This document shows, piece by piece, positions 1 through 13,426 of a DNA stretch of 64,000 nucleotides. This DNA comes from Phyllobates terribilis. Its lineage: Eukaryota. The DNA is taken from NCBI RefSeq assembly GCF_046119375.1, contig NW_027362768.1, positions 327,856,001 through 327,920,000 on the forward strand, written 5' to 3'. The stretch's first letter is position 1, and each line of letters starts with the position of its first letter. The position numbers were made by a program, and so were the translations under genes. The notes under the pieces were generated by a model. It saw nothing but the letters and a program-made list of their open reading frames with translations. It made no database searches and had not been told where the DNA came from.

Positions 1-256
1 TACTTTGCATTAATTATATAAATATGTAAATTCTCCAAAGATAAATTGCATTACATATATGCAAATAATTTCCAGAAACACAGAAGAAATCATTTTCTGC
101 TGTCGATTAATTCCAGGGACTGGGAGCTGAGAACATGTATTGCTGATTTATTCAACTTGTGCAACTAATTTCCGTGACTGGTCTGTGTAATTCGCCTAAT
201 ATCTTTTGCTGCCTTGTTCGGCTCGTTGGACGTGATGTCATCTGTTCTTCCTTTAG

Positions 257-415
257 ATGACAGCAGGAGACGTTCCCAAGTTAAACTAGGGTCCACAGCC
301 GATTTCTTACTGGATATCAACGAGACCGATCTCAGCCTTCTGACGGCCAGCATTAAGGCCCCATCTGGTCACGATGAGCCTTGTCTTCTGAAGAGACTTC
401 CCAATAACCACATTG
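257..415 (+). CDS. FLNB: Filamin B internal coding exon (start of about Ig repeat 18; gene begins upstream of window)
   Basis: tttag|AT..CATTG|gtaag, 159 nt; [54 protein letters not shown] closely matches FLNB as recalled. Confidence 0.95.
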
Positions 416-896
416 GTAAGCACAAAATTATTGCCGCATTATGTGATTTTAGTTTTATTAGATTATTATATTCTTTGATGTATTTTCTTTTTTTTATTTT
501 AGTTAAGTTTATGCTGTTGTATAACATGAAATTTATTCTGTATATGGTGCAGTATTATTAATGGAGACGATGAGCTCCATGTGTTTTTCCAGGCAACCTT
601 CTTCTTTGATGGTCAGTAACATGAAGCATTCTTAGTCATGGTCTCCATACTGTTTAATCCTTGGATAAATTACCATCGGGATCCACCATGGATCCAATAA
701 ATGAATAGTATGGGCCTAAAGGTCTACATAATGATCTTTTTGCCAAATGTATGCAAGGCGTAAATGAACGTCATTGGGTCCTTTGACCATTTTCGCGTAT
801 GGAACTTAGATAATTTCTGATGGTGGACAATAGAAAAGATCAACTTTGTATTCTGTAGCAAATAATGTTATATTATTCTGATTTTGTTTTTTTCAG

Positions 897-1100
897 GTAT
901 CTCTTTCATCCCTCGGGAAGTAGGAGAACATTTGGTCAGCATCAAGAAGAATGGCCGCCATGTGCCAAACAGCCCAATTTCCATCATGGTTTATCAATCT
1001 GAGATAGGAGATGCCAGCAAGGTGAAAGTTTATGGACCTGGGTTGACAGATGGTCGTACCTATGAGATGTCGGATTTTGTGGTGGACACGAGAGAAGCTG
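897..1100 (+). CDS. FLNB: Filamin B coding exon
   Basis: ttcag|GT..GCTG|gttag, 204 nt; [29 protein letters not shown] filamin repeat. Confidence 0.95.
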
Positions 1101-1194
1101 GTTAGTACTCGGTCTGTGATGCTACTTAAAATAAGTTTTTGGTTTTTTTTTTAGAGGGTGTTAATCGCTTTTGCTTTCATGTAATTACTTTCAG

Positions 1195-1347
1195 GATATG
1201 GTGGACTCTCGTTAGCAGTTGAAGGACCCAGCAAAGTTGATATACAAACTGAAGATTTGGATGATGGCACCTGCCAGGTGTCTTATTGTCCAACAGAACC
1301 AGGAATTTACATCATATCAATCAAATTTGCAGATGAGCATGTCCCAG
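1195..1347 (+). CDS. FLNB: Filamin B coding exon
   Basis: ttcag|GA..CCAG|gtaag, 153 nt; [42 protein letters not shown]; not in ORF track. Confidence 0.95.
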
Positions 1348-1527
1348 GTAAGACCGGCCTGGACTTTTGAACCTAAATCTTTGACCTAAAACCACAACGT
1401 GATTTCAATAATGTCAAGCTGCACTGTCTATTCTCCATTGATGGTGCCAAATCTGTAGGGTTAAAATTGAACGTGCATGGTCCTCTTTAGCTACTTTATA
1501 TTGAAAAATAGACTTACAGGAATTCTG

Positions 1528-1832
1528 TACACCGGGGGGGAAGGGGCGAGGGGCCGGATGTCATACACCGGGGGGGGGGGGCGAGGGGCCGGATGTCATA
1601 CACCGGGGGGGTGGCTTGCGAGGGGCCGGATGTCATACACCGGGGCTAGCGAGGGGCCGGATGTCATACACCGGGGGGGGGGGCTTGCGAGGGGCCGGAT
1701 GTCATACACCGGGGCTTGCGAGGGGCCAGATGTCATACACCGGGGGGGGGGGGGGGGGCGAGGGACCGGATGCCATACACCGGGGGGGGGGGGGAGGGGG
1801 TCGAGGGGCTGGATGTCATACACCAGGGGGCA
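1528..1832. repeat. G-rich minisatellite, about 8 units of GAGGGGCCGGATGTCATACACC(G)n
   Basis: visible tandem units with variable poly-G tracts. Confidence 0.9.
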
Positions 1833-1973
1833 ATGGGGCTGAACGAAAAATTTGAATCCAGTGATTAAGACGTGTGCCTCAATACTTTTCTCTCTATAGT
1901 GTGTCATATAATATTCAGTATAATTATATTGCTGGACTTTTTTAAAATTATTTATTTTTTTATATGATTTCAG

Positions 1974-2096
1974 GAAGCCCCTACACAGCCAAAGTAACTG
2001 GAGAAGGAAGAGTGAAGGAGAGCATTACACGGCGGAGAAAGGCACCGTCTGTTGCTACAGTGGGGGGCATCTGTGAGCTTAATCTAAAAATACCAG
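1974..2096 (+). CDS. FLNB: Filamin B coding exon (123 nt, 41 aa; matches the segment skipped in filamin var-1 isoforms)
   Basis: ttcag|GA..CCAG|gtgag; [40 protein letters not shown]. Confidence 0.93.
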
Positions 2097-3795
2097 GTGA
2101 GATTACCAATTAATCTGCAGCTTCTCCTTTTACTTGTCAAATATCTTCAGTGATCTGATTTACTGAATTACAAGTGCAAACTCATGTCAAGCAATAATCT
2201 AGACAGAGCCATGAGTCTAAAAGGATTAGCATACTGCAGCCGGTTTACATACAGTAACACGAGTCCCCAGGATTTCTCAACATGGCAATTATTTTTGACG
2301 TCACATTGTCTCACCAAGATTAAAAAAAAGTGATATACAGATGATAAAGGTTTGGTTGATTGGGAGCTAATTTTAGAGAGGGGTCCAACAACAAGAAAAA
2401 TTGTGGCAGGCTCGGAGAAACATTGCCTTCCATATTGGCAGTACGCGTACTTATAGCTCCATAGTAGAGGGCCGCAAGGACTTCATGTGGCTTCATACAG
2501 CCTCTGCCTTCTAAGGACTAAAACTCATACTTGCAAACTTTTAGAAAACTTTCATACACATAAATAAATGTTGGCTGTGCCCACCAATATTTGCGGAAGT
2601 AACCGACCATCTGATGTGTATGGGATGGCTCTGGTAGAGGAGTCTCTAACTTCTTCTGCGCTTCTGACCACCATTTGCCCTCATTGATACCTCTCTATAC
2701 ATTTGCTATTTGTATACTATCTTGTTCTAATGTGTCCTATGCTTTTATAGTTACATGGTTCCTATTGGCATTGGCACGAGAGGCTCTTTCGCAAACTCTG
2801 CCTTTTGCGTCATCTTCCGGACTGAAGCAGACTCATCAATCTACTCCCTATACTCCGCTGACCAGGGCAGCTAAGGCGTTAGGGTTGGAGGAGGGTGTGT
2901 GGTGTGTCACATTGAGCATGACTAGGAATTTAGCTTGTTGACTAGCTGGACAAACCGCATGCAGGGGGAAATATTGTTAAAGGGTTATTTCCCCTCAAAC
3001 TATTTATCCCCTATCATTTTGATAACTTGCTGACAACTAAGTGTTAAACCACTGGAACCCCCCAACGATTTCCCAGCCCTGTCTTTACTGAAGCAGAGAT
3101 GAGCATTTCTTGACCCCGCTCCATTCATTGTCCATTGGACTGTCGGAGAAAGCAGAGTACAAACAGGGCTTGGCTTTTTTCGCCAGTCCTATAAATAATG
3201 AATGAAGTTTATCTTTTACGCACCTCTGTAGCCATGTCCTGAATGGAGCAAGTTATCCCCACTCCTATGGAAAGGAGATAACTTTGTTTTGGGGAATGAC
3301 CCTTTAATATGATGAAAAAACTAAGTTCTAAAACATTTAAATTCATTGCATTATCCATAGCAATTGGTTTTGCTCATGTTCTAAATGCTTCAATTCCATA
3401 GCGCTTTATATATGAATTTCGGATACCACTAGGAATTGAAAAGACCATGCTAAACATTTTTCAGGAATTTTTTTTTTCCTAATACGGATGTAGTATGCAT
3501 GTGACAAAACTTTTACAAAATTGCATCAGAACACATTAAAGAGTCTTAAAGGGGTTATATATATATATTTGCAAGAAGATAGGAAGACCTTCAGGCACAG
3601 ATTTTTTTTTTTTTAAAAAAAGTCTAAAAATAATACTAATTGTATAACTGAAAAAATCTAATGTAAAAAAATACTAAGACTTTTTTTTTTCAATGATATG
3701 AATGCATTTCATGTGGACTCATATATTAATGCGTCCATATCACAGCATATAAATGTTAGTTTGAATCCACGTGAATTTTGGAGACGGATCTAGCG

Positions 3796-3904
3796 CCCTG
3801 CCTCGTGCGGTGTGCCGGCCCCTGCCTCGTGCGGTGTGCCGGCCCCTGCCTCGTGCGGTGTGCCGGCCCCTGCCTCGTGCGGTGTGCCGGCCCCTGCCTC
3901 GTGC
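3796..3904. repeat. 24-bp tandem repeat, about 4.5 copies
   Basis: CCCTGCCTCGTGCGGTGTGCCGGC units. Confidence 0.9.
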
Positions 3905-4341
3905 TCCGAATAGATATAGGAATGAATGTAGCTATATTTTCTATTATCATTGGTCACGTATCACTTCCTTGGGTATAGCCCTATTTTCTTGATTGCAATC
4001 CTAAATGCAGCTCAGGGACAAGAGTTGATGTGTTTATAGTATAAATAAAAACGCAGACCCTCTTTTTTTTTTTTTTTAATCCCCGACAACCCCTTTAAGG
4101 TTACAATACAATTTTCAGTAATATAGACGTGTAAAAATATAAACCGTCCACATTCAACCTTTCAAGTACAAGCCACTGAAGCATGAAGCATGCGGGCTGC
4201 GCGCAGGATAATTCTCCATCTGCCCAGTATTGTACGCTATGGTCTGCTGGTTTGCTGATTACATCCATTTTCTGTGCTCGGACATTGCTGGCGATATTCC
4301 TGGTGACGTGACAGTAAGTCATCTCCACTTGTTCTTCCCAG

Positions 4342-4608
4342 AAATCGATATGCGAGAACTGTCTGCTGAAGTCACCAGCCCCTCGGGAAGAACAGATGAC
4401 GCCGAAATCGTTGACCTTGGCCACAACACCTGTTGCGTGCGCTTCATACCACAAGAGATGGGAGTGCACACCGTGAGCGTAAAGTACAGAGGGGAGCACG
4501 TACCGGGAAGTCCTTTCCAGTTTACAGTGGGACCACTGGGAGAAGGAGGAGCCGAGAAAGTCAAGGCCGGAGGTCCTGGTCTGGAGAGGGCAGAAACTGG
4601 AATTCCAG
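4342..4608 (+). CDS. FLNB: Filamin B coding exon
   Basis: cccag|AA..CCAG|gtagg, 267 nt; [39 protein letters not shown]. Confidence 0.95.
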
Positions 4609-4754
4609 GTAGGAGACCTATCCGACAATGGTATCCATATTATCCACCATGAATGGGATATTTCAAAGGGTAAAATTATCATATGGGATCTTATGACAGT
4701 GTGAAGTAGAGAATGAATAACTTACATGGACACTGCTCTCTTGCATCTCGGTAG

Positions 4755-4892
4755 CTGAATTCAGCATATGGACACGGGAAGCAGGTGCCGGTGGACTTTC
4801 CATAGCTGTCGAAGGGCCAAGCAAAGCTGAGATTTCCTTTGAGGACAGAAAGGATGGATCCTGTGGGGTTTCCTATGTTGTTCAAGAGCCTG
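4755..4892 (+). CDS. FLNB: Filamin B coding exon
   Basis: ggtag|CT..CCTG|gtatg, 138 nt; [47 protein letters not shown]; not in ORF track. Confidence 0.95.
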
Positions 4893-5169
4893 GTATGTTT
4901 TTTTTTCATAACCAAGTACTGTGATGAATGAACTAAATGCATCTATATAGTTTGCATTGTTGTATAATTGGGGAGATACATGAGGACATCAGAGCAGCTC
5001 ACACTTGACTAGTCTTCAGGGTTTGACTAGTCAGAATTACCTTCAGTGGAGAGAGCAGTTTATGCATTGTGGGTAGGGTTAGAATGGGCCATGTGGGTAC
5101 CTTGAATATTCACTCTATGGACATAAGTATTGTGCCTCATCCACAGTAAATCTTCATATTTAGAATGGG

Positions 5170-6010
5170 AGGTCATAAAAATTCCTGACGTCAGTCTCCC
5201 ATTTGCAGCCATAACATCTCCTGCTCTTCTGGGAAGTCTTTCTACAAGGCTTTGGAGTGGGAATTGTTCCCCCTTCTTCCTGAAGAGCATTAGTGAGGTC
5301 AGGCCCTGATGTTGGAGCAGAGGCCGGGGTCACAATCTCCATTCTAGATCACTTCATGTACCAAAAGTTTGAGGTCCGGGTTCTGTTCGGCCAGTCATGT
5401 TCCTCCACTCCAAACTCCCCCCAGCCATGTCTGTATGGACCTTGTGTCATGGGGAGGCCTGTTCCCAGAAAGTTGGAAACAATAATTCTCCACAATGTCT
5501 TGTGCTAAAGCATTAAGATTTCCCTTCACCGGAACTAAATGGCTGTGACCGACCACTGAAAAACAAGCCCATAGTATTATCCATTCTCCACCAAGCTATA
5601 CAGCGGGCACAATGCAGTAAGGTGGGTAACGTTCTCCTGACATTCACCAAACCCAGACTCGTCCATCAGACACCAGATGGAGCAGTGTGATCCATCACTG
5701 CACAGGACATGTTTCCTCCAGAGTCCAGTGGTGGTGGCTTCACACCACTCCATCTGACGCTCAGTATTGTGCTTGGTGATGTACGGCTGTATGCAGCTGC
5801 TCAGCCATGAAGCTGTCGTAGAGGGCGCAGTGTTTGTGCTAATGTTAATACCAGAGGAGGTCTGGAGTCAGCAGATCATTGGTGACTCTTCTGCCCTCTG
5901 CTCCTCAGCACTCTGTGACCCCGCTCTGTAACGTTATGGAGTCTCCACTTTGTGGCTGAGTTGCTGTGGTTCCTTCCACTTCTCAATAATATCACTCACA
6001 GGTAATGGGG
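5170..6010 (-). mobile_element. Degenerate Tc1-like transposase remnant in FLNB intron
   Basis: minus-strand fragments FGVEEHDW, PDLTNALQE, LQSLVERLPRR..VMAANG typical of Tc1 C-termini; many indels; boundaries approximate. Confidence 0.7.
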
Positions 6011-6083
6011 AAGATTTAGGAGAGAAAGGGAGTAATGCATAAACTAATATGGAGAATAATCATCCTGTTTTCCCTTATTTCAG

Positions 6084-6199
6084 GTGACTACGAAGTGATC
6101 ATCAAGTTCAACGATGAACATATCCCACAGAGCCCGTTCATGGTTCCGATCATCGCGCCCTCTGATGACGCCCGCCGGCTCACTGTCTCTAGTCTTCAG
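6084..6199 (+). CDS. FLNB: Filamin B coding exon
   Basis: ttcag|GT..CAG|gtgag, 116 nt; [38 protein letters not shown]. Confidence 0.95.
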
Positions 6200-9100
6200 G
6201 TGAGGCACAAGGAAACATCTCTTCTGGCTGCCACCTAGTGACCCATTAAGTCCTTGTTCTCAAATCTAGCATGGGCCAACATACACCTGGTGGAGGCAAA
6301 AGTTTCCTCTTCGCCCCAAACAGGCCGATGGTTTTTCCAAAAAAAAATTTCTTGCTTTATCCAAAATAAAACGTGATGCCCGTATCGGCCATGGGTCTCC
6401 TGACCCAAACTCAACAACCTCATATATATATATTTTTTTTAAAACTGCATATTTTTATTAAAGATTTTTACATTTAGGTTTACAACACAGATATCAGAAG
6501 ATTAATAATACATTTTATATTATTGTGTCTGCTTTGTATCACCTTATTAAATAAATTAAAAGAACATACTTTTTTTTATATCTACAAAGCAAAAATAAAC
6601 ATTTTTATTATTTTTCTCCTGTGCAATTGTGAGATCACCAAACTCATATATGCCTGTGAGTGTTGGATGTGCGAAACCGGGCTTATTATGGGGTCTATCG
6701 GGTTTCGCCATGTTTGTAATTTTCAGGGGGTAGCGTTGCATTGCATGCTGCAGTTTTTTCCCATCCAATATGGCAAAAAATGCAAAATGACCTCAAATGG
6801 AAGTGTGAACAGACCCACAATCTTTTTTTTTACCTTTTCCTCTCCCCCTAGGCTATTCACAGGGTCATTAATTGGTCACGGTGGCATTATGGTGTTCTTC
6901 TTGTGTTTCATTTAAAGACCTTTGACAGGATTTCTCTCTACAATGCGGTTACCTGCTAAAGAGGGAGACCAAATGTGATTACGTTGTCACATCTGTACAG
7001 AGGAATCCCTGTGCAGCGCTGCAAAGCTCCGTCCCTCTTTAGCATCTAGCTGGAAACTGACGGTTTGTTGAGAAGTATCTGCTATGGGGAGACTTCAGAT
7101 GTCTTTATCACCTGTTTCATCTTTGTTCCTCTAACAGGCATTGATCAAAGAAGGTGCGCATAAACAGACATTACTTTACTTACCAGAGATGGCGCCATCA
7201 CTGGCCTTAATATTCAATAAGCTGCAATACTGGAAACGGACATTGGGCTACAGTGGCGCTGCTTTTTAGATAAAAAGCATTGTGCAGCTTTAAGTACAAG
7301 AAGATCATATTCTTAGAGGGCTTTTCCAGTTTCAGGAAGGCTTTGTACCCCGGCCGTAATTTGCTTTGGAAAAAAAAAGAACTTTACTCCCCCCTCCTCT
7401 GGTCCAGCATGAGTCTCCGCCGCTGATCCTGATGTCAGTTATGGTCTCCAGTGCTGACATCACATCGACGGCACCGCAGCCAATCACTGATTGGCCACAG
7501 CAATGTCAGTGTCAACACTGCAGACAATAACAGGCACTGGAAGCAGCGGCAGAGACTCCGTGCTGGACCTGGGGAGGACGAGTAAAGCACAGTTTGTTTT
7601 AAACCAACCACAGCCGGGGCAAAGGTTTTCTGAAAAAGGAAAACTACGTTAAATATACCATGCTATAACCTTGAGATTCTGTTGAAGGGATGTGGTTGCA
7701 TTCAGTAAAGTACTATAAGCGAGTCACATGGTGACAAGTTCTCCTCCTTTTAAAGGGGTTTTACAGCTTTAGGCTACAAGGCTGCAGTCAGTCTACATGA
7801 CTGTAGACTTGTGAACACTTGCAACGCGCGCTCTGTGAGGATTTTCCAGTGCCGGGAACCGGCGGTCATGTGACTACAAGTATGTGATTTGCGTACTACC
7901 GGCCACATTCTGACTAGACTTGTCTGGCCTCACTCAATACACTTGTATCGAACGAAGCCACACACATCTAGTTGGCACATAACCGCATATATGCAAATCG
8001 CATACTTGTGATCACACCCGGAGAATCGCGCAGTGCAGACTTGTAAATTTCTGTTTCTATGGGGAATCCACTTTACTGCTCGTATGAAAATTTTTTGATC
8101 TTTTTTTTTGTAATGGTTTTAAAAAAGAAAAGTAAAAAACCCCAAAATTTTCCGTAAAAGGAACATTTCCTGAAGCAGTTTCCTCTTGAAAAAACATTTA
8201 TTTATTTATTTTTTTTTAACACCTCCAAAAGCTCTGTGTGAACATAGACTTAGTGTTTTTTTTCAATGCTGTCTGTTCTCTGTCAATTTGCAACAGCAAA
8301 CTTAGAGATATAAACATCAGAGTCAGAAGTGATAGGAGCACCACACTTTGATTAGTGCTTGACGGGGGTCATGAGCATAGACTCCCACCCATAACAGCTC
8401 TATACTTGTTTAAGGGCAAACTTTCCCTTTTAAAGAAGATCTCTGTTTTAGAAATTCCTTATCTGTCGAAAGGACCCCTTAAAAATAAACTTCTCACAAG
8501 GTTTCCCCCTTGCAGGGACCTATAGTGAACAATGATCAATGATGATTCAACTCAGTGATACCTGAGTGGAATCCTAGCAGCAGTTAAATTTTCCTGCTGC
8601 GCCACCACAGGTGGAATAAAGTATTACACAGTGCAGGTCCTCCAGAGTGTGAGACACTCTTTGTAACCACTTTCTGCTCTATCCATGTGATTAGGGTACA
8701 TAGCAGAGGACCCCTTTTATAAATGCCCTAATTGGGTATATGAAAATGGAAATTCTCATATCGGCAACTTCATTGAGGCCTTCATTATGTAATAGGAAAT
8801 CTCCAGCATTATGGCCGCGATATATCCATATCCAAGAAAACATTTTGTGATAATTTTTGGCTTCTAGTCCTCAAAAACTTAAACCAACTCTTACAAAATT
8901 AATTTTGCTGAGGGCTTCCCAAAACTAGACAATTCCTTTAAAATTTTTGTTTTAAGAAAATGCTCAAAATAATAAAAAATATAATAATAATTATGGAAGC
9001 AAAACTCCTTACATATTCCCCCTACCACTCCCGATCCAATTCTTCACAGTTCCTTAACCAGACTCTCTATTTTATGGTCTGAATGGATGGTCATGTGACC

Positions 9101-11150
9101 GCTGCCGCCAATCTGGGATTGACTGCAGCAATTACACATCTATCCAGACTTAGAGACTAGTGGGGAACCCAGGAAGCATTGGATTGGGGAGAGGAGTATA
9201 GAACTACTTTTATTATTTTATATCGTTCTGAGCAGTTTTACTGCTCGTCTTCATCAGTAATAACCACTTATATGTAAAATTACTGAACTGGAAGCAGTTT
9301 CCTTGGCAGCAACATTTTTTCTCTGTTGCCTGAAATGCTTAAAGATAGTTGGTTACGTAAGAAATTTTCTTCATGATTTGTTTAAAGGAGTATTTCGGAT
9401 TTCATGAAAGGATTTTCCAATACTATAAATAGTTGTCCAGGGTTAGAAAAGCATGACTTCTTTTTTTTTTTTTCTTTAAAAATTTATTGCAACTCAGCCC
9501 CATTGAAGTTAATAAACACTTTTTTTTTTTTTTTTTTTTTTAATTTTGCAGTTCATTTATTATTTCTATATGGTACATGGTGAGAAAATAAATAAATTAG
9601 AGACATAATTTAATATTCATTAATCATTTCTTCAGCACGGTGCAAAAAACTAAAATAAATAAATGAATTAGAGACATTAGTCAGTGAATTAATTATATGG
9701 CACCAATCAATAGTACAACTCGTACTGCCGAAAATCAGACCCTCAGCAACTTCAACAGAAATAATAATAAAAAAAATAAAAATGGGTCTGTGAATGGGAA
9801 AAAAAGTAACTTTTAAGACTCTGTGAGATGTTTTTTCACATGCAACAATGCTGAATCTTACAAAATGTATATAAATGCTGTTGCCATGTTATTTTTACTG
9901 GACAGTAAACCTAAAAAAGTGCACAGGGAAAAAAAAAACCTCTGGAATCCCTTTTTTTTTTTTTTTTTTTGCATTTCCTGCTAAATAATTAGATTATGTT
10001 AATAACAATTAATAGGTTATATGAACCCCAAAGTAGTGCCATTACAAAATGCAACTCTTCTGGGAAATAAATTTGCACTTATATTGCTATACCAATGCAT
10101 ATAAAGTTTCCTAGGCTCTTTAGAGGTTTGCACCAAGTATGGAAGTTATCCCTTCTTCCTAGGATAGGGAATAATTTCTTGATCTCTGGGGGTCCAACCA
10201 CCAAGACCCCCACTGATTCCAAATAGAGGGTTCTGCATTCCAAATGGAACTGCGATCGAGTGCTGTATTCTGTCTCTATGAGACTTTGCCCGGGGTGGTC
10301 GAGTACAGCGCTTGCTCGACTATCTCTGGCAGTCCTATAGAGGATGAATTGACCTCCACTCCATTTTAGGCAGGGCTCTGATATGACAAAATATAGATTC
10401 TTATGTAGCCAACGATGTCTAGAGATTAAATAAAATAAAACATTATTAACACAAGTTGTCAATCAAACTTTGAGAGGGGCCATGAATTTTCTTAACTGCA
10501 GTGCCACCATAACTATAGGGGGGAAACCAGCACATTATGGTTGGAGTAAACTATTGCTGGTTTTACATCGTGGCCCATGATCTTCAAGTCATGACTCTGC
10601 CGATCTGACTCCCCTACTCACTAAACACAGGTGGCATTGAAAATGTGAAAAAGGAGCAATCATCTCACCTGTCCGGGTGCACGGCAAAATACTCCAGTAA
10701 TAGCAACAGTCCAAACGATGGCCGACGCGCATATCTTCTTATAAGAATTGCTTTATTGATCCTGAAGGTATAAAAGGCACAAAAATTAGTTGAAAACGGC
10801 ACAAAAATTCAAAGGCAGAAAAGAAATATCCACTGTGCTCACAGGCAACATGTTTCAGACCTGCATGATCCTCTGTCAAGTCAATGCAGGTCTGAAACAT
10901 GTTGCCTTGGAGCTCAGCGGATATTTCTTTTCTGCCTTTTCAATTTTTGTGCAGTTGTTTTCAACCATTTTTTGTGTCTTTTATACTACTGGATCCATAC
11001 AACAATTCTTTTAAGAAGGATGTGAGTGCTGGCTATTATTTGGACTTTTAAAGGTGGCATTGAGCTACTGTTTGGTCCAGTAATGTTGTATAAGCTTCAC
11101 ATTAAATTTTTAAGTTTTCTTAGATCTCTAACATAGATTGAAATTTTCAG

Positions 11151-11283
11151 GAGTCTGGCCTGAAGGTCAATCAGCCGGTGTCATTCGCCATCAGACTAAA
11201 TGGTGCAAAGGGCAAGATTGATGCCAAGGTGCATAGTCCTTCAGGAGCTGTGGAGGAATGCCATGTTTCTGAGCTGGAACCAG
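11151..11283 (+). CDS. FLNB: Filamin B coding exon
   Basis: ttcag|GAG..CCAG|gtgag, 133 nt; [44 protein letters not shown]. Confidence 0.95.
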
Positions 11284-11417
11284 GTGAGGACATATTAGTA
11301 AAATTTATGAAGAATTCACATAATAGATGAATATTTGCAAGGTCTGTCATTGGGGGTCAGAGATTCCCTTTAAAAGGTCCGTGTCCACTACAACATTGTA
11401 TATTTTTGTTTTTGCAG

Positions 11418-11594
11418 ACAAGTATGCAGTGCGTTTCATTCCCCGGGAAAACGGTATACACACCATTGATGTGAAGTTTAATGGAAGCCATGTACCTGGC
11501 AGCCCTTTCAAGGTGAGGGTAGGAGAACCAGGACAGGAGGGTGATCCAGCTCTTGTGACGGCTTATGGTGCTGGACTGGAGAAAGGTGTTACAG
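11418..11594 (+). CDS. FLNB: Filamin B coding exon
   Basis: tgcag|AC..ACAG|gtatg, 177 nt; [43 protein letters not shown]. Confidence 0.95.
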
Positions 11595-12352
11595 GTATGA
11601 GTGCTATAACCAAGTCGTCACACATCAGTTTAATTCTTCTTCTGCTAAGCAGTCAGCAATTTTATATTAAAATTAATAATTTGTAGTCGAACGGCGTACG
11701 TAGGCATAGAGTTTTGCACTCTTAAGCTGGCCATACCCCAAATTTAGGCAGGATCATTAGAAGAACTAATGTGTTTTGCTTATCATGACATACATTTTTG
11801 TCAATGTGATTTTGCAGTTATTGTTAATGCACTGACACAATTGTGGGGATTGGAGAGAACTCCGATCCTGGTGGTATCACCTTTTAGGCATTATTGTCAA
11901 TATTGGCTGCAGTATCCAAGTCATTCAAAAGAATAGGGGCTTCCGTTTTGCCCCTGCAAACTGATTGCAGGTATGCATGGGTTACTATGGTAGTCATGGA
12001 CATAAACTAACACCCCCAAAACTGTTACCAGTATCTAGCAGCAATTTAATCTCCTCTACCCTCATGGGAAACTCCATTAGGTAAAAGGAGATCACTAAGC
12101 GCTCTAGCCCTTTAAGAAACGGAGACTGGATTCGATCTCTCCACTGACTCGCTATTGCGTCACTATCTTCACAGGTTTGTGAGGCTTCCTGTATCTGAGC
12201 TGTGTTAACAGTAGAGAGAGTCTCAGAAAAACCCTTTATATTCAGTTCTTTCCTCTTGTAGTAGATTAGCCGTTGAGATGCAGCCATGTCCTCTTCTTTT
12301 TGATTAACTATTTAGAATGTGCTGTATCCTCCTCTTTTGTATGGGGTGTATA

Positions 12353-13426
12353 TGACGCGCCCAGGGGATGGGGACAACTCGGCGCCCGGGCCTTGTTGCC
12401 TTGGGGATGTCGCGGTAGTCGGCTCCCTGGCCCGTACCCTGGGCCTCTCTTTAAAAAGGTGGATAATTATGTGAAAGTTCATGACGCCACCTGTGGTGTC
12501 TGGCGAGGATCACCAGCGCTGCAGCAGCCCACTGAGGCCGGTGTTAAGGCAGCTTGGGTGGTATAGCTCCCCACAGGTGGAGCTAGGCCTCAGGGCAGCG
12601 TGGATGGAGGGATGCAGGACAAGGGGAACCCAGCCGGGTCTGAAGAAGGATAGGCAAACACACAGTTCACTTCAGTACCTTTTACTGATGGAAGTTCAGG
12701 CACATTCCGGAGCACTGTAGGGTGAAGGGTGCATATCAGGATTCTCCCCAGTGAGCGGGTATAGGGCCTCCTGTTTCTTGCCTTTGTGTGGTAAGTTTCT
12801 GACCTGCCTGGAGCTAGGCCTAACTTTGTCTCTGTCCTGCATCGGCTGACTTTGTGGTAGGGCCTTCTTTTGGAGTACACGCTCCCAGCTTGCGGGGCCT
12901 CCGTGACTCCTGGCTCTGGTACGTATCAGCTCTCGGGTGAGCCCGGGACCTGAAGTCTTCCAGGGGTCTCCGGTTGTCTCTACAAGGGGGGGTATACGGC
13001 CCTGTAGACGCGGACCTGGTGTCCAGTATATGTTTTCTGGGGTGAGCTCCTCTGCCCCCAATGCTACTCACTCCTCTAGCCTTCGGCCTCGCTCGAGGCC
13101 CTCACTAGGCTATACGCACTGCGCTTCACCGCTCTTATGGCATCGGCACGCCTTGGGCTTTAACTGAACTCCCTGAGTCTAGCTTGCTGGAGCCTCATGC
13201 TCCACTGCTGAACTACTAGCTGAGTTCTCTCGACTAGACTGGACTAGACTCTCCAGAGGAACTGACTGCCTGGCTCCACCTTCCCTATTTATATCCCTAA
13301 CGGGCTCCCTCTGGTGGTCTGAGGTGGAAGGTGGAGGTGTGTGTATGCTGTGGGGGCCTCTTGTGGAGGAATCCATCCATGCACCCCTCTAGGATCTGTG
13401 GCACTAATGCACAGCAGGGCGCCACA
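12353..13426 (-). mobile_element. Solo LTR of the same family in an FLNB intron (antisense)
   Basis: plus strand TGACGCGCCC..GGGCGCCACA, TSD TATA both sides; minus-strand TATAAATA and AGTAAA; terminal similarity to E1/E2 LTRs. Confidence 0.85.

Noticed and set aside
4101-4682. 193-aa minus-strand ORF
   Set aside because: Antisense shadow of an FLNB exon
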